A stretch of DNA of 64,000 bases from an uncultured virus (IMG/VR IMGVR_UViG_3300001765_000045) (Duplodnaviria; Heunggongvirae; Uroviricota; Caudoviricetes), in IMG/VR virus record IMGVR_UViG_3300001765_000045, one strand, 5' to 3'. The notes beneath the pieces are model-generated. The model did no database searches. It saw only the letters and a program-made list of their open reading frames with translations, and was not told the DNA's origin. The translations under genes and the position numbers were made by a program. Of this stretch, positions 59,927-64,000 are shown in pieces (positions within the stretch are counted from its first letter, which is position 1; each line of letters starts with the position of its first letter).

Positions 59927-61270
59927 TTATGGTGTAGATTTTATAGATAGAAATAATTGTTCACGATACTTTGTTAAAAAATCTATAATAAACTCATTAC
60001 CTTTAGGACTTATTACTTTAGAATTAGATATATCTCCATAATAGTAATAATGTTTAAAAGGTAATGAACTTTTAACCAATTCTTTTTTAAGCTCTGGATT
60101 TTGATCTATTTTAGCTTTAATAGCATTTATAATAATTTGCTGAAAATTATCTATATATATCTTAGGAAGATCTTTAGCGAATTTTTTAACTTCATAACCC
60201 GACATATTTTTTAACTCCGGGTATTTATATCCTGTAGATACATAGTACCAAAATCCTTCCAAGTTTTTAAAATATCCGTGTTGAGTATCATTAAACCCAA
60301 TATCAGCTAAGTTACTTAAGTCTCTACCTAATTGAGTAGTACTTTTAGTATAAATATTGATATGATTAATTCCATCTTGAAGAGGAGATATCTCAAATGT
60401 ATTTTCAAGATGGTGTTTTTTAAATTCTTCTAATCCTTTATCAAAATTACCTGATTTATTTAATTGTAGCCATATGTCTTTAATGACTTCTCCATGGCAT
60501 GGAGCTGGTGCACAAAAACACATAAGTTCACTATCTGGTTTAATTTCACGAAGACTGTTTAGTATATCATAATCTTCATTTATTATAGAATTATTAAGAT
60601 ATTCCTTATATTTAGCTATAGCTTCTAGTCTAGGAAGTTCTTTAGTAATAGGATAAGGGTTACCTAACGGACTTCCTCTTCCTATATATATAGTTTTATT
60701 AGTAGGTTTATCCTTATATTTATTCAGGATTTTTATTCCCGGTTTTTTACCTAATGCTAGTAATTTCTTTACTAATATTTCAGTATTCGCTTTACTAGCT
60801 AAGTTATATACGGGTATATCATTTTTAGAAGCTATTGATATAGCTGTACCTGTTCCACCTGTTTCTTTTGTTCTATTACTATGATTTTCACAAGCATCAG
60901 GTGTCCAACACACAACAAAATCTACTGGTGTTTTTAAATTTTGTCCAAGTATCTGTCCAATATTTCTAGCATGTAAAAGTTTAACATACTCAGATAAATT
61001 ATCCCATACTGGATGTATAGAAGATGCTATTTGACGATGCTGTATAGTTGGGTAATAATTATATGATTTGTGATCATTAGTTTTCTTAGGCAACCATATT
61101 TCTTTTTTACCTTGAACTGCATCACATCCATATTCAAAAGCTTTATCACTACCATCAGCTGCTCCTGATCTTAATGTATAACCTATTTTAGCTAAATGTT
61201 TAGCTAAAATAGACATAGTGAATATTATACTTTCCGGAACTTTTCTAGACCCTATGCCAGCATAAAACAT
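59927..61270 (-). CDS. Fusion protein: DprA/SLOG-like + DUF4326-like + phiKZ-type C-terminal domain
   Basis: YAGIGSR..LRSGAADGSD..GGTGTA; IYIGRGSPLGNPY..CFCAPAPCHG; DGINHINIY..LGRDLSN..EGFWY. Confidence 0.7.
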   Translation of the reverse strand: MFYAGIGSRKVPESIIFTMSILAKHLAKIGYTLRSGAADGSDKAFEYGCDAVQGKKEIWLPKKTNDHKSYNYYPTIQHRQIASSIHPVWDNLSEYVKLLHARNIGQILGQNLKTPVDFVVCWTPDACENHSNRTKETGGTGTAISIASKNDIPVYNLASKANTEILVKKLLALGKKPGIKILNKYKDKPTNKTIYIGRGSPLGNPYPITKELPRLEAIAKYKEYLNNSIINEDYDILNSLREIKPDSELMCFCAPAPCHGEVIKDIWLQLNKSGNFDKGLEEFKKHHLENTFEISPLQDGINHINIYTKSTTQLGRDLSNLADIGFNDTQHGYFKNLEGFWYYVSTGYKYPELKNMSGYEVKKFAKDLPKIYIDNFQQIIINAIKAKIDQNPELKKELVKSSLPFKHYYYYGDISNSKVISPKGNEFIIDFLTKYREQLFLSIKSTP

Positions 61271-61334
61271 ATTTTATCCTTAAAAAAATATATACACCTG
61301 TACTATTACTAGTACAGGTGTAATAATTTATCTA

Positions 61335-61733
61335 TTAAATTTGTTCAATATGTATATTTTGATACCCTAATGCTAATAAAGCATCACGTATTCTGGATAT
61401 ATCTACTACTGATATATCTGTTACTGTTACTCTAATATTAATAGATTCAATAAGTTCAACACTTGTCATGTTAATCCATTGATCAGCTAATACTATAGTC
61501 GATCCATTTTCTGCTTTAAACTTATAAAAAATAGATGTTCTTACTTGATCAGGTGTACCCACTGGTAATAATGGATACACATTTCTATATTTAACATCTA
61601 TTTCATCATATTTACGGGCTGTCTCATAATCCATAATACCGTTAAGTTTAGCATTTTTAACTATAGTCCCAAGTAAAGCTGGAGCTGTTGTTGAAAATGA
61701 ATATATTTTATTTAATTCAAAAGGGTAAGACAC
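61335..61733 (-). CDS. Conserved phiKZ-like core protein (gp49-like)
   Basis: YSFST..LLG..VYPLLPVGTPD..VLADQWI motif; GGAG RBS. Confidence 0.6.
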   Translation of the reverse strand: MSYPFELNKIYSFSTTAPALLGTIVKNAKLNGIMDYETARKYDEIDVKYRNVYPLLPVGTPDQVRTSIFYKFKAENGSTIVLADQWINMTSVELIESINIRVTVTDISVVDISRIRDALLALGYQNIHIEQI

Positions 61734-61744
61734 AATTAATTCTC

Positions 61745-62197
61745 CTAAGGTCTAAATACCAAATTATCATACTCTATATTAAGAACATGTGCTGTTACAG
61801 TTATATATGTACCATATATATTATGTAATATATACACATTTTCATCTGATTCTGGTAGATACATAGAGATATAATTATATAAATACATTAACAGTAATTG
61901 TAACTCTGTTTTATAAGCATTAAATAATGGAATATCTTCTGCAGCTACCTGGGCTATAAAAGTATGATTTTCTACAGCCATTAAAAATCGGTATTTATTA
62001 TCAATATTGGTAATAATAAAATGTGTGATATTGTTAAGAGTTTCAATTAACTTACGTGAACTTGAGTATTGAACTACCGGGGGTATATTAAATATTTTAT
62101 ACAAAAAATCTAAAATATACCCCATAGGTTCTTTAAAATCTATTATAATTAATTCTTTATGAAATGAACCTGGTATAGATTGCATTTTTAACACCAA
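61745..62197 (-). CDS. Hypothetical protein
   Basis: ORF in a tightly coupled run. Confidence 0.6.
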   Translation of the reverse strand: MVLKMQSIPGSFHKELIIIDFKEPMGYILDFLYKIFNIPPVVQYSSSRKLIETLNNITHFIITNIDNKYRFLMAVENHTFIAQVAAEDIPLFNAYKTELQLLLMYLYNYISMYLPESDENVYILHNIYGTYITVTAHVLNIEYDNLVFRP

Positions 62198-62604
62198 GAA
62201 ATTACAGCTGTTTTAGGACTTATCCAGTTTTGAATAACATATCGTTCATATTCATTACTAGATGCTATATTAAAATTAATTAATATGTTATTCAAATATG
62301 TGTCCAAGTATATAACATATCTATCGTTATAAAAACCAGTTGTTTCGAAATCTTCATCATCTAAACTAACACGTTTTTTATCTAGTATATGTGTAATACT
62401 TTCCATTACAAATTCTGAATAACTGGGTGTTGGTTCTGAATTAGCTATAATTGTAATATAATCACAAAAATCTATATAGTTCCTTAATATAGCTGGAGCA
62501 TTTTGTAGATAATTGTGTTTAAGTTCAGTCATATCAACTATAACTACTGATTCACCTAATAATTGTGAATATGTATTACTAGATCTATTTTCATTCATTA
62601 TCAT
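62188..62604 (-). CDS. Hypothetical protein
   Basis: ORF in a tightly coupled run. Confidence 0.6.
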   Translation of the reverse strand: MIMNENRSSNTYSQLLGESVVIVDMTELKHNYLQNAPAILRNYIDFCDYITIIANSEPTPSYSEFVMESITHILDKKRVSLDDEDFETTGFYNDRYVIYLDTYLNNILINFNIASSNEYERYVIQNWISPKTAVISWC

Positions 62605-63250
62605 CCTTTAGTTGAATATTACACCATTCATAAACTCGATAGTCACATGTTCTTTCAACTATAATGGAGTTATTAAATGTTTTAGTAAAAAATATACTCC
62701 ACCTATGATCTTTAATAATATTATAAATTTCATCAAATAAATTACTAAAATCATCTACATAAATATCTGTTTTGATATAATATATATATTTTTCTTTAAT
62801 ATATGACTTAAGTTTAGTTTGACTAACATAAGTTCTATAGTACATATAACTATTAATGATCTGATCTATTAGTTCCTTTATAAATAAAAGATATACATAA
62901 TTAGAATTAGGTTCTATAGTTAATTGATTTTCTATTTTTTTAAGTTGTTTATAAGTAATATAAAGTTCATAACCACTTCTATTTAATTTATATACATTTC
63001 CTTTATTAATCTTTATATCATCATTACTAGTGATAACTTGATAATCATTTTCAGTTCTAATATAATATATACTATTAAACTCTATCAATGGTGTGTAAGA
63101 GTTTTTGATATATATACCATTCACTAGTTCAAATTTATCTTTATTTTTTTCAAACGTATCTAAATGATTATCAAGACTAATGATATATGTTTCCTCAGGT
63201 GTAATTAGTAAATTGGTAACATAATCATTGTTTATAGTAACGATAGTCAC
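62591..63250 (-). CDS. Hypothetical protein
   Basis: 219-aa ORF with C-terminal DYRVYEW. Confidence 0.6.
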   Translation of the reverse strand: MTIVTINNDYVTNLLITPEETYIISLDNHLDTFEKNKDKFELVNGIYIKNSYTPLIEFNSIYYIRTENDYQVITSNDDIKINKGNVYKLNRSGYELYITYKQLKKIENQLTIEPNSNYVYLLFIKELIDQIINSYMYYRTYVSQTKLKSYIKEKYIYYIKTDIYVDDFSNLFDEIYNIIKDHRWSIFFTKTFNNSIIVERTCDYRVYEWCNIQLKDDNE

Positions 63251-63672
63251 TGCATAACTCCTTCAAAAACCCACAAACTGTTACCAACTACGGTTAATTT
63301 AATAATTCTACTACCATTAGTCCGATTACGTCCTAAACTAATATAAGGATCATTAACTAAAATATTATATGTTTTAAGTTTGTAATATAAAGTATTTATA
63401 AAAGTTTCTCCTAAAATATCTTTATAGATACTATCAAATAAATCATTATCTATAAAATTACTTTGTATTCTAGAACCGTTAAAGTTTAAATTGTACTTAC
63501 TGACATTAGCAAATGACATGTGAATACAATAATCGAAGAGTGTGTTAATATCATTACGACTTAGTATATATCCAGAAATTAGATATTCAATAGTATTTTC
63601 AAAATAATCTACTAGATCTCTGATATCTAAAATATGAATCTTGTAATCACGTTCTACGTATGTTTTAGCCAC
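63247..63672 (-). CDS. Hypothetical protein
   Basis: GTG start with AGGAG RBS. Confidence 0.65.
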   Translation of the reverse strand: MAKTYVERDYKIHILDIRDLVDYFENTIEYLISGYILSRNDINTLFDYCIHMSFANVSKYNLNFNGSRIQSNFIDNDLFDSIYKDILGETFINTLYYKLKTYNILVNDPYISLGRNRTNGSRIIKLTVVGNSLWVFEGVMQ

Positions 63673-63715
63673 AGAAATCTCCTATCCCATGTAATATGTC
63701 CAGATAAGAAAAAAA

Positions 63716-63752
63716 TACCGCTAGAAGCCCATTAGAAGGGCTTCTAGCGGTA
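63716..63752 (-). terminator. Intrinsic terminator
   Basis: taccgctagaagccc/gggcttctagcggta inverted repeat with a U-tract. Confidence 0.8.
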
Positions 63753-63767
63753 TCCATACCTTTTATA

Positions 63768-63962
63768 CTAAAGGATCAAACCTTCATCAGTTGAATCATG
63801 CTGTTCTTTACCGATGATAGATTTTTCGATTACAACTTGACGAGCTTCTTTAAATTGTTCAAGTTTAACATCTAGTTCAGCTGCTTTAATATTGAAATAT
63901 CCACCAATAACACCGGCATGGATAGGCAATTGAACATGGAGTACTTCTTTATTCTCATCCAT
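63768..63962 (-). CDS. Small hypothetical protein
   Basis: 64-aa ORF ending before the terminator. Confidence 0.55.
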   Translation of the reverse strand: MDENKEVLHVQLPIHAGVIGGYFNIKAAELDVKLEQFKEARQVVIEKSIIGKEQHDSTDEGLIL

Positions 63963-64000
63963 GATATAACCTACACATTGATATTCAACAGGAATATCTA

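Overview
AT-rich (roughly 28-30% GC by eye) segment of a phiKZ-like, nucleus-forming jumbo phage (Chimalliviridae-like), mostly minus-strand. Positions 0.5-33.6 kb carry the conserved core block: SF2 helicase, non-virion RNA polymerase subunits (two interrupted by group I introns in catalytic motifs), gp68/gp69(PicA)/gp70-like genes, SbcD, dUTPase, chimallin and a gp50-like DNA polymerase. Positions 33.6-61 kb form an accessory region: TilS, tail-fibre-like genes, nrdAB, DHFR, a serralysin-like protease, an intact PAS4-GGDEF-EAL-CZB c-di-GMP enzyme, tRNAs and FG-GAP beta-propeller paralogs. The most unusual signals are non-coding: (1) a six-copy promoter plus covarying 5' stem-loop leader in front of unrelated accessory genes; (2) two tRNA-like 5' leaders with a 6-nt 'anticodon' loop; (3) tRNA(CAU) genes with a compensatory A19:U56 elbow pair, in a phage that encodes TilS; (4) two large ORF-free structured-RNA candidates; (5) tRNA-sized hairpins ending in NCCA. 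phiKZ gp-number assignments rest on recalled motifs and synteny, not on database searches.
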